A stretch of 64,000 bases of DNA from Azolla caroliniana (lineage: Eukaryota > Plantae > Polypodiophyta). The DNA is taken from contig JBHGNT010000011.1 of assembly GCA_043228905.1 (NCBI GenBank), positions 16,182,001 to 16,246,000 of the forward strand. The letters are read 5' to 3'. The notes below the pieces were generated by a model. It saw only the letters and a program-made list of their open reading frames with translations, was not told the origin of the DNA and did not search any database. Shown here piece after piece: positions 1-12,439 of this stretch (its first letter is position 1; each line of letters opens with the position of its first letter). A program made the position numbers and the translations under genes.

Positions 1-1921
1 TGAAGACTTCTTTTCCTAGATTGACATTGCCCCACTTTTGGCATGCTCCCAATAGACTATGCCATAAGACAGCACCAGGATGAAAAGGCATATTTCCAAT
101 GAATACTAATGCCCTGTCAATATGCCCTCCTCGGCCAAGCAGGTCCACCATACAGTTGAGGTGCTCGAGAGTTGGAACAATATTACAGACTTTGCTCATG
201 AATTCAAGGTAGTGATGCCCTTCATCTATATGGCCTGTGTAACTACATGCATTGAGAATAGCGCCGAAGGTGACCACATTTGGTCGTATATTTTCTTTAA
301 TCATTCTGTCGACCATTTGAATTGCTTGTTCACTCTCTCCAAGTTGGGCATACCCTGCGATCAATGCATTCCAGGAGACTGCACTTCTCACTTGAAGCTT
401 GTCAAACACTTCTTGTGCTTTAGTAACCAAGCCAGACCTGGCATACATGTCAATTAAGCTACTTCCAATGATGATATCTTTCTCTAACCTCTTTTCTACA
501 ATCTCAGCATGTATTTCCTCGCTCTTCGCTATACATCCTATACTCCCACAGGCTTTCGCACAGCATACATATGTGACTATATCAGGAGAAACACCGTCAC
601 CATGCATTTGGTGAAAACATTCAAGGCATTTCAAGTGATTCCCTTGTTTGGAATAGGCCATGATTAGAGAAGTCCAAGAAACCACATCGCGAGTCAGAAG
701 ACACCCAAATACTTGGTGTGCCTCGGTAACATAGCCAGCCTTACCATACATATCCACCAATACATTTCCAAGAAAAGTATCACTTTCAAGTCCTTTCCAG
801 CAGATTTCAGTGTGTATGTCCTGCCCCTCTTTGATGGCTCCTACGATGCCTCCATATGCTTTTAAGCTGAAAGCAAATGTTAAAACATCTGGAGGGACGA
901 CTCCATATCGCATTTGTTTGAAACATCGAAGGGCATCCACAACATACCCGTGTTCAAGATATCCTCCAATGATGGCATTCCATGAGATTATGGTTCGGAC
1001 TTGAATATTTCTGAACACTTGAATAGCTTCTGGAAGCAAGTTGCACTTCACATACACATCTACCAATGTATTTGCAACCATAGTGTCAGTTTCCATCCCT
1101 TTCTTCATCACCTGCACATGTAATTCTTGGGCCTGTTCTGTGGCAGCTAGGCCTCCACATGCTTTCAAGATGCACACAAACATAGCAGCATCTTCACAGA
1201 TGCCTTCTCCTTGCATTTGTTTGAAGCCATCGACTGCCTCTTCAAAATGCCCTTTTTCACTATATCCTACAATCAATGCAGTCCACAAGACATGATTTCG
1301 TGTCGGAATGGTATCAAACACATCCTGTGCCTGAGAAAGGCAGCCACATTTGGCATACGCATGAACAAGACTGCTACCAACCACAAGATGGGATTCCAAT
1401 CCTTTCTTGGTGATGTCCGCATGCAGCTCTTGAGCTTTGGCTGATCCTCCGGATCCTTCCATCATGCCACAAGCCTTGAGGACACAAACATATGTGACAT
1501 GATCAGGTGAGACACCGTCTCTCTGCATGCCAGATAAGCAATGGAATGCTTCCTCACTACACCCACTTTCAGTGTAGGCTGCTATCAATGCAGTCCAGGA
1601 GACAACATTGCGGAGGGTCACGGAGAGGCCATTGAAGACTTCGCGTGCTTTGGAAACGGAACCACACTTGGAATACATATCCACAAGAGCAGATGCAAGG
1701 AACACATCATCCGACTCCAACAATGATCCTTTCCTACAGATGTAACAATGTATCTCACTGCCTCTCGCCAAGTCTTTCAGCTGAGCACACGACTTCAAGA
1801 GTGCAGCGAACGTAAAGGGATCCATAATATCCTTCTCTGATTGCAGCATCTTTCCATAGAGTGAAAGGGCACGCTGGGGCTGCTCCCTCAGCTTGGTGAT
1901 GCCTCCACCTGTGACTATCAT
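1..1921 (-). CDS. PLS-class pentatricopeptide repeat protein with start of E domain (3' end lies outside the window)
   Basis: Hand translation from ATG 1921 gives MIVTGGGITKLREQPQRALSLYGKMLQSEKDIMDPFTFAALLKSCAQLKDLARGSEIH...LVDMYSKCG. Repeated P/L/S motifs follow, ending ...MVDLLGRGGHIDRALVFIGNMPFHPGAVLWHSLLGACQKWGNVNLGKEVF at the window edge. Both ends share one frame (~640 codons, apparently intronless). It is absent from the ORF track, presumably because there is no stop within the window. Confidence 0.93.
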   Translation of the reverse strand, partial: MIVTGGGITKLREQPQRALSLYGKMLQSEKDIMDPFTFAALLKSCAQLKDLARGSEIHCYICRKGSLLESDDVFLASALVDMYSKCGSVSKAREVFNGLSVTLRNVVSWTALIAAYTESGCSEEAFHCLSGMQRDGVSPDHVTYVCVLKACGMMEGSGGSAKAQELHADITKKGLESHLVVGSSLVHAYAKCGCLSQAQDVFDTIPTRNHVLWTALIVGYSEKGHFEEAVDGFKQMQGEGICEDAAMFVCILKACGGLAATEQAQELHVQVMKKGMETDTMVANTLVDVYVKCNLLPEAIQVFRNIQVRTIISWNAIIGGYLEHGYVVDALRCFKQMRYGVVPPDVLTFAFSLKAYGGIVGAIKEGQDIHTEICWKGLESDTFLGNVLVDMYGKAGYVTEAHQVFGCLLTRDVVSWTSLIMAYSKQGNHLKCLECFHQMHGDGVSPDIVTYVCCAKACGSIGCIAKSEEIHAEIVEKRLEKDIIIGSSLIDMYARSGLVTKAQEVFDKLQVRSAVSWNALIAGYAQLGESEQAIQMVDRMIKENIRPNVVTFGAILNACSYTGHIDEGHHYLEFMSKVCNIVPTLEHLNCMVDLLGRGGHIDRALVFIGNMPFHPGAVLWHSLLGACQKWGNVNLGKEVF

Positions 1922-2318
1922 AAAGAGAGGGATCTTCTGGTCATAGAGAGACAGAGGCAGAGGCAGAGGCAGAGAATATTACAAGTTACAACAGACAGAG
2001 TCCAGACAATGAAGGAAGAAGGAATTTGTAAAGAGGGGTGGGTATTCCAGAAAATAAGAAAAAGGGTATTCTGATGATATTAAGGAAAAGTATTGCATGG
2101 GGACCAAATTCTAAAGCCTACAGAATTCATCGGTCATTTGATGTATGATGAACAATGGTAAATGATATGCTCGAAGCAAGGGCAAATGTTTGACTCACAT
2201 TGAGTTGCGGATATTGACAACATGGTCTGCATCGATTGGAGTTTCACATGAACCATATAGAAGATGACTACTCTAGAAGTCTACCTACTTGCTGAAGAGA
2301 ATTGGCCAGCCACAACCG

Positions 2319-2660
2319 GTTAATATGTGTGCGTATGCGGGTGTAAAGCTCGAGAATGATGGTGCACAAACAAATAGAAAACAAGAGTACCAAAACACAA
2401 TATGTTTACGTGGAAAACCGGAAATGGGAAAAACCACGGGAGCCCACAGACTCCGAACTATCTCACTATCAATAAGAGGAATACAATAAGAACCTACAAG
2501 GCACTAACCTTGAGTTCTTCTTTGTCTAAGCAGACAGCTATAGAGAAGTTACTCACTCTCACTCTCTTACACTAAGTTAGTTACAGAAGACACAACACAC
2601 TATAACTTTTCAACTAACTCATAATGATTCCACACATTATTATAAAACCTTTTATGTTAA
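2319..2660 (-). mobile_element. Solo/truncated Ty1-copia-type LTR
   Basis: Contains the motif pair TTTACGTGGAAAACC...GGGAAAAACCACGGG followed by CACTAT..TACAA, typical of plant copia LTR U5/R read antisense. TATA-like sequence lies near 2638-2648. Boundaries are approximate. Confidence 0.6.
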
Positions 2661-5600
2661 AGGATTGTACTTAGGTTTCCACATTGATGGAAGTTTATCA
2701 AATGCTAATGAAGAATGGATGCAAAAATTATCTCCTTTTATATAATTGGCGTTGGAGGGCTCGCACTAGGCTAGTCTATCCAATTGGCATTTCAACTTAT
2801 TTAGTAACAAGCTATCAAATCCATCGTTAGACTTGAAGAACTAAAACTAGTAATCATGTATGTGTGTGTGGTTAGGTTTGTTGACTATTATGAATTTCAG
2901 GGCTACTCCACGAGCCTCAACAACAAATTCGTGTACTTGAATGTCAATTTCCCAAAAACCTATTGTTCATGCTTGTTCTTGCATTCTTCTGTAAGCTTTG
3001 CTTTTGTTTTGCAAATGATGACCTTCTTGTGTGGTTCAATGAGTTTTATTAAGCATGGTTGTTGATAATGGGCATCAAAGGTGTCGTCACCATAATGTCA
3101 TTGCAAAACTTGTCATTTACTTATTAGCTTGTTATAAATTTATACTGAAGACGCCAAGAATATTGATAAGAATGTCTACGATAGATTGGTTTGAGAAAAA
3201 CATTGGTGTATACATGCTTCGATACATTTCGGGAATAGAGTTTTTTTATATGACACCAATAACATTATCACCCTATATATGTCCATATTTGTATTTTCTT
3301 TCATGCAATCCTTTTGATATTTCCAATTGACCATATATACTTTTGATCTAAGGACCTATAACATGCGGGACTATATGGTGGTTTTGGAGTCTTTGGCCTT
3401 GGGACAATATAAAAGGGACTAACTACCCTCTTCATTACAACATTTGGAGATGTTGTCAAGACTCTATTGGTGAGGCTAAACTATCTTCTTTAGATCCATT
3501 ATTCAACTACCAAGGTTTAACATGAGGTAATATTGTATATCAATGGTATTTTTAAGTTTGTCTCACGTCCTTTGCACAAGGGAGTCAAACTTCAGTGTGG
3601 TTAAGCACACTTACTCCATTATTTTCCTTAATATCTTATTTTATTGCTGATCATTAGTTTGACCCGTAGTATCCATGCCTTAAGCAAACAACATTATCAT
3701 GCAAAGAGCATATCACTCTAGAAAACTTGAGAAGGAAATTCATAGATTTTGTTATCGCCCTCGAAGGTCAAATACAACTTATGGGACCGAAAGAGAAACT
3801 TTTTTACATTGTATGTGTGGATTTGAGTATCCACTTTTGGTCTCAAGAATTTTATCAATGAATAGTGCAACCAAGACTGGCCATTATGTTTGTTAGAGGA
3901 GTGCATGTAATGAGTGGACCAAATTCAACAATGCGCGGAAGGCAACCCAAATATGATCAAATGGAGTGCTTTGCATCAAAGTGCGTTACTTTGACTCCCA
4001 AACCTATTCAAGGCAAAAAATGCAAGGGGAGGCGAGGGCGTTCAACTACCACAAGCCAATAATGTTGACCCAACCTTCTTAGTTTAATGCATGCTAGAAC
4101 ATCAAATTCCACTAGTAAATAAAATTTAATATGCACGCCATTTGAACATTGCGAGTTAATAAATTGAATGACGAGGTTTTGGTGTGATGGTAAAATATGA
4201 TGTTGGGGTCTTAGAAGATAGTATGATATATTCCGGAGAGACATATTGAGCCCTTCTAACTCAATAACAAGTTTGAATAAACATGTTGAAACATCATGTA
4301 AAGGAATTCTGACAAATAAAATGGGTGTCAATGTTGTGCTAATAAGCATCCACACAAATGTGAAAAGGCAAAGTCCTATCAAATGATTAAAGAACTTATT
4401 GGAAAAGCTATCTAGTAATGATTTGCATTGGGAGTATTTCAAATGCGTGCTTCTTGTTGCTCTCATTTGGTCTGCGTAGTTCGAAAGAGAATTCCTCGCC
4501 CTCTTCTCACCAACATTGGTGTGAAGATTCAGAAATTTCTCTTTGAGGGCATGAAAATAGCAACATATATGTTGTTGTGAAGAAATGTGCTTGCTTAGGC
4601 TATAAAAACCTACATACATACATGTTCATTTATTTATTTACATTCAAACAACTTAATATTTAAAATATAATGCTACTTGCATGACATAGTGTAATTTGTC
4701 AATGCTCGAATCACAACAAGTTTGTTGTTTCATTGCCCATGCATGGACTTCTGCAAACTCATCATGCATATGATATGTGCCTCTTTAGTCATTGAAGATA
4801 ATATATTTAATAAAAGTAATATGCATGATCAGAGTATTTTATCATATTCGAACTTGTCACCTACCAATAATTACATGTGACCCAAATTTCTCTATCTGAG
4901 GAAGTGCTTCCTTACTTTTCTAAAAGAGCATGTATTTATAGCTCATGATCTTTGGTTGTCAATTCAGAAATAAAGTATAATTATTATCAAACGCTTAAAG
5001 CAAAATCGTGAGAACTAAGTTAAGGGGCTCATTGGGCAATTATAAATTTGGGTTTCCCATCGAATGATATGAAGATCGAGTTTAGTTGAGCGAACGGTAT
5101 CATTTCAGAATTTATGGCTATTTCACACATATACATATATTATTCATATTATCGATGACTTTGGGCAATTCAGTTTGATTCAACGGCAAATGAAGGAAGC
5201 TTAATGAACAAATTTCTACGAAATCAGTTAGTTTATTAGTGATTGGTAATGTGCCCATGTGTGTGCGTGTGCACATTGATAATGTGATAAGAAGTTCAAG
5301 TTTGTTGGTGTGAGATAAGGCCACAAGTGGGATAAATATTGGAAAACGGTTAATATACACATGTTTTCTTTGAGCAATCCAAATTTGATAGCTATTTATG
5401 AAAGTCTGTTAAGAGTAGACATCTTTCTATTCCATTTATTTCACTTTTTTTTACCATGGCTTAAAAAGACCTTCTGTATGCCACACTCCCACACGCACTA
5501 CTGATTTACGACCCCTTCCATTTATTGCCCAATCAATCTCTCATGAGACGATGAGGGGGGGGGTTCCACGATTGGACGATGTATGCCTACTCGTCAATGT

Positions 5601-6079
5601 GGCCATCCATCCATCTATCCATCATACGGGTATGGGTGTGGACCTCACATTTTGACCCTAAGGAAGAAGGCAAAATTGTCCATGACTAAAAATTCAAACG
5701 CTCGTAACAACAACAACAACAACAACAATTCCTTCCTTAGCAAGCGATTTGTTTTGTGTGAAAGCGTGAGTTGGGATGGTCGACGAGTAGTAGCATTGGT
5801 GTGTATGTATGCATGTATGGGTTACGATGGCTGGATTACGGAGATCGCATTCTAGAGTGATCGCTACCATATGGACACAATGTGTGTTGCCGAATTGGCA
5901 GACCAACAACCATGGACACGCGATCGAATCCATGAGAGACTATGCAGCACATCCATCCATAGTACGTAAAATTCGTGTTCGTCTAGCATAACATTCGTTT
6001 TCGTACGTTGGGAAAAGAATGCGAATGTTATTCAAACATTCGTGTGTGTGTGTTTTTTTGTTTTTTCCCCTTTTTTTAA

Positions 6080-6110
<31 letters not shown>

Positions 6111-6317
6111 AGGTTTATTTACCTACCTCATAATAAATAGTTATCCAAAAATATGGTATTTACCATTCTTCGATGGTGTTTTCCATACGCGAATGCAAAA
6201 AGTATGATACGTATGTTTTCATACTGTGCAGATCCATCCATCCACCAGTTGTGAAAGGAAGATCTTGTCAATCATGAGGATCATTATGAAGGAAGGTGTG
6301 TGTGTACAGTAGTAGTG

Positions 6318-6912
6318 TACACACACACACACACACACACACACAGAGACAACAGCCTGCACAGAGAGAGAGATAGAGAGAGAGATGGAAGGAATTGTTT
6401 CCATGGCCATGGCTACTGTGACTCCTGACCCCTGACCTCTGACTCCCCCACCCCTCCCTCAGAAAAGGGAAGTGTGCAGGAGCAGCAGCGATGGGAAGAA
6501 GGAAGGCAGGAGAGGAGGCATTTTGAAAAAGTGGGCATGGTGGAGGTGGAGGTGGAGGTGGAGATGGAGATGGAGATGGGGGTGGGGGACCACAATGATG
6601 GCGATGCGGACGTGGATCCGAGAGAAGGGAGGCCATTGAAGGAAAGCGCAGCTGGATGGATGGATGGATGGATGGAGCCTTTCTTCGACTCCACTGAGCA
6701 GAGAGAGAGACACACACACAGAGAAACAGAGGCACAGAGATGGCTATGGCAGCTCATACCCTCATTCTTCCTGAGCCCTTCTTCTTCTTCTTCTTCTTCT
6801 TCTTCTTCATCATCATCATCATCATCGTACCCCTGAAACCCTATCAGATTAATTCCCTTCCCCTTCCCCATTCTCATCGAATTCCTTCCCTCCTCCTCCT
6901 CCTCCTCCTCCT
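6318..6912. repeat. Microsatellite-dense leader region: (CA)n, (GA)n, (GGAGRT)n, (GGAT)n, (TTC)n/(TCA)n, (TCC)n
   Basis: Directly visible simple repeats upstream of the 6972 gene. Confidence 0.9.
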
Positions 6913-6971
6913 CTGATCTGAGCTTTCCGAGCCACTCTTCACTCTTCACTCTCACCTCCCACCTCCCATTG

Positions 6972-9101
6972 ATGGCTGCAGAAGAGAAGCCGCATCCTCG
7001 CCCCCCTACCAGTAGACCGCTTCTCCTTCGGCCTTCTTCTTCTCTCTCTCAGGATCCCCATGACTGTACCTCGACTGCCCATCATGTAGGTCAGCCGTCG
7101 ATGATCAGCCGGCCGGGCCTTGGGACTACTACCGCTCCCAGGAGGTCTCAGCATAAGCTCTCAATTCCTGCCGCACCTAGCGATAAGCTGGTCTGGTTCG
7201 CGCCCGTCTCTTCGCCATTGCTGAGTAGCCCAGCGCGGGATCCAGCTAAGGGGGTGCAGTCTCACGCCCAAATGGGTTCGAAGAAGATGAAGACTAAGAA
7301 GGGAGGAACAACTCCTAGGACGCTTTCCATTTTCTCCAATACTTTACAGCAGCAACAGGGGATGAGAGGGCTCACAGGAGGGGCTCTGGTCGCCATTGAA
7401 TCAGAAGAGCCCACCTCCCCCAAAGTCTCCTGCATGGGCCAAGTGAAGTCCTCATGCAGCATCTCAAAGAGCAAAGATCAGGGTTTCCCGTCAGCTGGGG
7501 GAGACCATGGCTGCTGCAGCGCAATCACAACAAATATATCTAGTGGTAGTAGTATGGCTTCTGGTGGATCGATATATCCATGCGCATCAGGGGCTTCTCC
7601 ATCCTTCGCAAGCCCTGCTGCTCTTCCTCCTCCCTCTTCTGCATCTTCTGCTTCTGCTTCTGCTCCATCATTAACGAAATCATCAGGATATTCAAAATGG
7701 GGTTCCCTGATTTTTGGCAGCTCTCGGAAGGAGTCAAACATCACCAAAGCTGCTGCTCCCTATGAAGCTGCTGCAGCTCATGACTTAGGTGAGGTTTTTT
7801 TTTTCCTCTTTATTTGTCTTTTCCTGTAAAATCGTCACATTCTAATGACATCCAAATTGCTCTGGCCATTTGGTGCATCAGGTGCTAGTATTCAGTGCCA
7901 AGATCATAAACCTCGGAGCATATGGACGATGCCTTTCCGCAGGAATCAGATGCATGTTAAGGTGGGGGCTAGTGCTTCATCATCTCACCAGGATGATGGT
8001 GTTGGTAGAGATATGAAAATGCAAAAGTGTAAGGATACAGTTTTGGAGTCTCACTTTGACAGGGCCCAATGTGCAACAGCACAGCATGGGCCACAAGTGG
8101 ATGGGGATGTTGCAGCTGCTCTTGATGATCAACAGCGTCCCATAATAAACCAGAATGGAGTTGTGAAACACACCAAATCTACATATGACCAGCTGCCATC
8201 TCTCCTACAGTCCGGAACCAGTAGCAATGGACAGAATTTGAAGGTCTCTCTGGAAGTTGTCCCAGAGACATGGTTGCTGAGCGATGGCCAAAGGTTTAGG
8301 GCTGATGGTAGGCATATTCCTGATAAGAAGAATAAGCGTAGTAGCAACGGGGAGCTGCCAGCCAGGCCCATACAGGAGCTTGAAGACTCTCCTGCACCAC
8401 TCATCCAAACTTTATCATCAGATGTCATGTCTGTAGATAATAGTGCACCTTTAGATGGTAGTGCCGTCAAGCAATCAAACAAAGGTGCTAATACTGCTTC
8501 TTTACAGGATAGTTTCAACAAGGAAACTGATGCAGGGGTCACCTTCCCCATTGTGCATTCTTTGGAACTGGAAGGAAGTCAACCCAATGTGGTTCCCATG
8601 TGTCCCGGTACAGATAATGGATGTAATGGAAATGATGCTTATGTCGGAGTTGAGAGAACTCAAATGAATCACGCCGAGAAGCAAAGATGTGCACTGCATA
8701 TACCATCTGATTTGAAAAGAAGCCAGTCTAAATCCAGGAGAGCTGGATTGGCCACCGAAGACAGCTTGAATGAAAGAAATAATCCGTGCTCTGCTGATTA
8801 CAGTGGGTGCAAGCCCAAAACCCACATTTCTCCTTCAAGTTCGTTTAACACACTTATTCTGGTGGGCTATAATCTGAATGACGATATGGGATTAGATGAT
8901 TGTGAGAAGGTGTTGAAAGGGGCTTTCGGAGTCAGCAGGCTGTCATTGGATGGAACAAGCCAATTGTTACGACTACTGAAAGAAGGCGAGGTGGAGTTTA
9001 TTCGATCACGCTCTGCCACGTCACATGGCCGCAGGGCACTTATCCGCCTGCAGAGATGCAATTCAGAGCCATCCAAGAACAGTCAAAAGAATGGATACTA
9101 G
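6972..9101 (+). CDS. Plant-specific, largely disordered EPTSPKV-motif protein, HCF243 (At3g15095)-like; ~678 aa, 2 exons
   Basis: Exons 6972-7788 and 7882-9101; the phase-1 intron GTGAGG...CATCAG joins ORFs 6969 and 7845 in frame. Motifs EEPTSPKVSCMGQVK, LKVSLEVVPETW and C-terminal LQRCNSEP resemble the recalled HCF243-family motifs EPTSPKVTCxGQV, KLSMEVSKETW and LTRCKSEP. Confidence 0.8.
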
Positions 9102-11494
9102 GCTCATGAAACCTCTAGTAGTATATGCATGTAGCATAATGTGACATTTGAGAAGGCAGTAGGATGGCAGCCAGAAACCAAGTTTTCTGTGGGACATTTC
9201 TGATCCTGATTTTGTTGATAATACTCCACTTGTCTCTTTGGAGGGTTTGGTTGGAAAATTCCAGGTTGTTCTGACATGTATAAAGCTACTGCTTAGTCTT
9301 ATATCAGCACTTCTTTAAGTGTGGACTCATCATGAAAACTAGATATGCATTGAGTAATACAGTTTTCCTGATGTGGGAACATTGTGACTCTTGAGTACTT
9401 AATAAGCAATTGGCAAAGGCTTTTGATATTTCCAGAGATCCAGTCTCGCGAGTTAACTCGATAAATGTCTCATTTTCATAATGGCACCTACTCTGTATGG
9501 CAACAATGTGAATTCAGCTGAAGGAATCATCATATCAGCTCACACCTCAACTACACTACGTTTACAACATCAGTGGTTTTTATGAAGACCATGGTCTTCT
9601 ACAGATCATATATGCTTTAAGAAGGTTGTAATCAGTTTGTGAACCTAAAATGGAAAATAATGGAGAAGGTGGTAAAAGTGGTCAGAATAAATGAGTGCAG
9701 AAGAACCTGCTGCCCTCTACTCCTGACACTTGTGTTCCCACGAGAAAGACAATGGTTCATGGAAGCAAGAACACATAAGTGGGTCCCTGAGTGCTCATCC
9801 AGAATGCATGGACATGCCCTGTCGACCAGGGCATTGCACATTTTGGCACAGAGGGATGTCTAACTGACTCATGGTATTGTTTCGACTACATATATACTCA
9901 TGTCTTACTGACTCATGGTAACCACAGGCAAATAACAAACTGAGTCCTAAGGATGGGTGAGATGCTACTATTGGCAAATACTGCCTATGAAATAGTACCT
10001 GGAAAGTTGTATATGAACACATTGATTTATAGACATGGAAATACTTAGTGGGAGAATGTGTCAACTACTCAGTGAAGTGTGCTTAGTGGAGATAGTGTTC
10101 AGACTTAATGCAATAGATGGGTAACTAGAGTTAGCACCCTAATGTATTATGTGAACCTTAGAGCCTGCAGGGTCCATGGTTATTTCTTCACTAAGTTTTA
10201 TTTGTATTTGCTTGCATCGGAGGCCGTGGCCATGAGTATTATCAATCTCATTGTATTAATTGTCTGTTGTAATTGCACGCTCGTGCCCTATTGATAATAA
10301 AATCTGTCTTTTCAATTGTCTCTTTGTGTTCTTGAATTGTATATATTATTAAGCACAAAACTTTAATTGTTATCAAAGCTATAGAGGTTTGCACTTCAGA
10401 CCAAATGTTTTGAAGGGCATTGAAAGAAACATTGGCTTTTGGGTAGCTAATTGAGCCTAGGCATGCTAAATGGAAGGAGCTGGTTGTGGAATATGAGGGA
10501 TTTCAGCAGTGTCTTCAGCAAGTTAGGTAGGTGGAAAAATATCTATGAAGACTCAAAACAGGTGAAGAATCAATGCCCAAAGGTGAAGAACTACACCAAT
10601 TCTCCAGTAAAATAAGGGGTGAAACAGGTGCAATAATCCCGTCCTTAAACCAACGCTCTCACCTTGCACTCGACATTAAACCTAATTAAGAAAAGTCTTC
10701 AATGGACCACACAAGGCGTTACTTTTGATTTATAGGGTTAATCACAATTATAATTCCTAAAAACGTATAAGCTTATTGGAGAGGGGGGGGGGAGAGCTTT
10801 GACGTAAAAAATGCCAAGTGAAGAAAGCCCTAGAAAATTATGTTTACATACACTTTTACATATTGAAAGCTTTTAGTCCTAGGACCCAATGCCCATAGGG
10901 AGGAGGCTAATGCATTCGGTGATCATGCATTAGCCTTTATAAGGTGGAAAACTACATGTAACTTGTAATTTTAGAGTGGTTGCCTTTAGATGTCTAGTTC
11001 ATTAAAGGAAGTCCTTAGCTAATGAATGCACATGTTTCTGTCTTTTCGTCTCATCATGACTTGGATAATGGTCATATGTCAAAAGCTTATAAAATGCAAT
11101 TGTTTGTGACGTTGAACTCTCCCTCTTCTCATAATCAAAGTATCATATTCTGTGTCTTCCTTTCCTTTATGTGTCTCTTTCTTTCCTATCTTTCCTTTGT
11201 TATGTTCTCCCATTGGTGGGGTAGAGCAGGTTGTGGCTCCGGTTTTTAGCCAAAAGTGGTGTGCTGGAGTGACAAGGTTGGTATGTTGCCATCGCCATTA
11301 TTTTCTTGTTCCCCATCACAATTATTGTCAAATTACCTTTGCTTTCAAACCATGTTGATTTTTTTTTTCCAAAACAAAATATCCTTCCATTAGTTTTCAA
11401 AAAACCTAGTACAAACTACAAAATAGATGGAAAAGAAGAGAAAAAAGGACTATCCCAATGGCTAGCCAACATCTAATTTGATTTCAGTATGACT

Positions 11495-11680
11495 ACCCGT
11501 TCTCCTATGTTGCCACCTGCTTTCAACATACCAGAAAATGTCATCATAATAATTAGAGACCTTGCACATGCATTCAAGGATAGAGTTGTATCGCATCCCC
11601 ATTCTTATCCTACTCAATATATCCCAATAACATGGCAAGCCATTGTACCACATCTCCTCGAATCATGTGAGATAAATGGA
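11495..11680 (-). pseudogene. Degenerate PPR fragment
   Basis: Minus-strand translation HLSHMIRGDVVQWLAMLLGYIE*DKNGDAIQLYP*MHVQGL*, then a frameshift to TFSGMLKAGGNIG. This is a PLS-PPR motif with stops. Confidence 0.7.
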
Positions 11681-11817
11681 GACCTTCAACTTGCCTTCAT
11701 TATAAAAGAATTTGCAAGTCTTCTTCTAAAGGAGTCATTCAATCTGGTCATATGAACACCTTTTCTTGGATCATTTTAATATCCTTCTATTTGCTTCAAC
11801 CCCAGGTTGCTTTTATT

Positions 11818-12370
11818 TCAAGCTACCATTTCTATATCATCATCCAGTAACATTTCATCTTTGAAAAGTGTATTAACCTTGGTAGTAACGACAAATCCAC
11901 CAAGTTTACACTCATCATATCGAATGCAATGCAAACATGGCTTGTATAGTTGTCACTGAAAATAGGAATTTTTGGGTTACATTGACTGAAATGTGTGAGA
12001 ATGACTTGATACACTCTAGAAGATTTTGCAACTTGTATTGTTTCTTTTGTTGTACTATGATTTTTCATGATCACTCCAACATGCATGCTATCATCAAAAG
12101 TTGCGCCATGTATTAAAACCGTAGGTCCAATCGAAGCTTCAACCATTGCTTCACAACGTCTTGTATCCAAGCTTCCAACCTGGTTCTACATTCCCTCCAT
12201 TATCTTGCTTGGGTTGTGATTCTAAAACTACCCCATATGCATTAAGACAATGAACCACTTGTATGCTCACACAACTTCGGAGACCCATAACATGCAGAAC
12301 ATTCTTCAAATTACGTTGTTCTGCCACATCCACTCCTTGTTGGAAATGAAAACCTTGATCCTTCCTATTG
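11818..12370 (-). pseudogene. tRNase Z (long form, ELAC2/TRZ-like) C-terminal fragment, frameshifted
   Basis: Reads VVHCLNAYGVVLE...GWKL[deletion removing VYSG]DTRRCEAMVEASIGPTVLIHGATFDD...NHSTTKETI...ILTHFSQCNPKIP...CIAFDMMSVNLVDL. These are the HEAT, HST and motif V regions of tRNase Z with substitutions (HEAT>HGAT, SQRY>SQCN). A native-like end LFKDEMLLDDDIEMVA* lies in another frame. Confidence 0.88.
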
Positions 12371-12439
12371 GCATTACTTTCACGAACATCCCGAGGATCA
12401 CCCTTTTCTTTCCACTAGCAATAAATTTTCAAACAGTGC

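Noticed and set aside
122-1726. Several plus-strand ORFs of 60-111 aa
   Set aside because: They are antisense shadows of the minus-strand PPR gene.
2289-2489. 66-aa ORF with a P-loop-like GKPEMGKTT
   Set aside because: It is a translation of the LTR motif GGAAAACC...GGGAAAAACCACGGG, with no NTPase context.
4008-4619. 203-aa minus-strand ORF
   Set aside because: No recognisable motif; composition is typical of AT-rich decayed repeat DNA.
6268-6955. Overlapping minus-strand ORFs rich in poly-P, poly-E and HL repeats
   Set aside because: They are microsatellite translations that are open in several frames.
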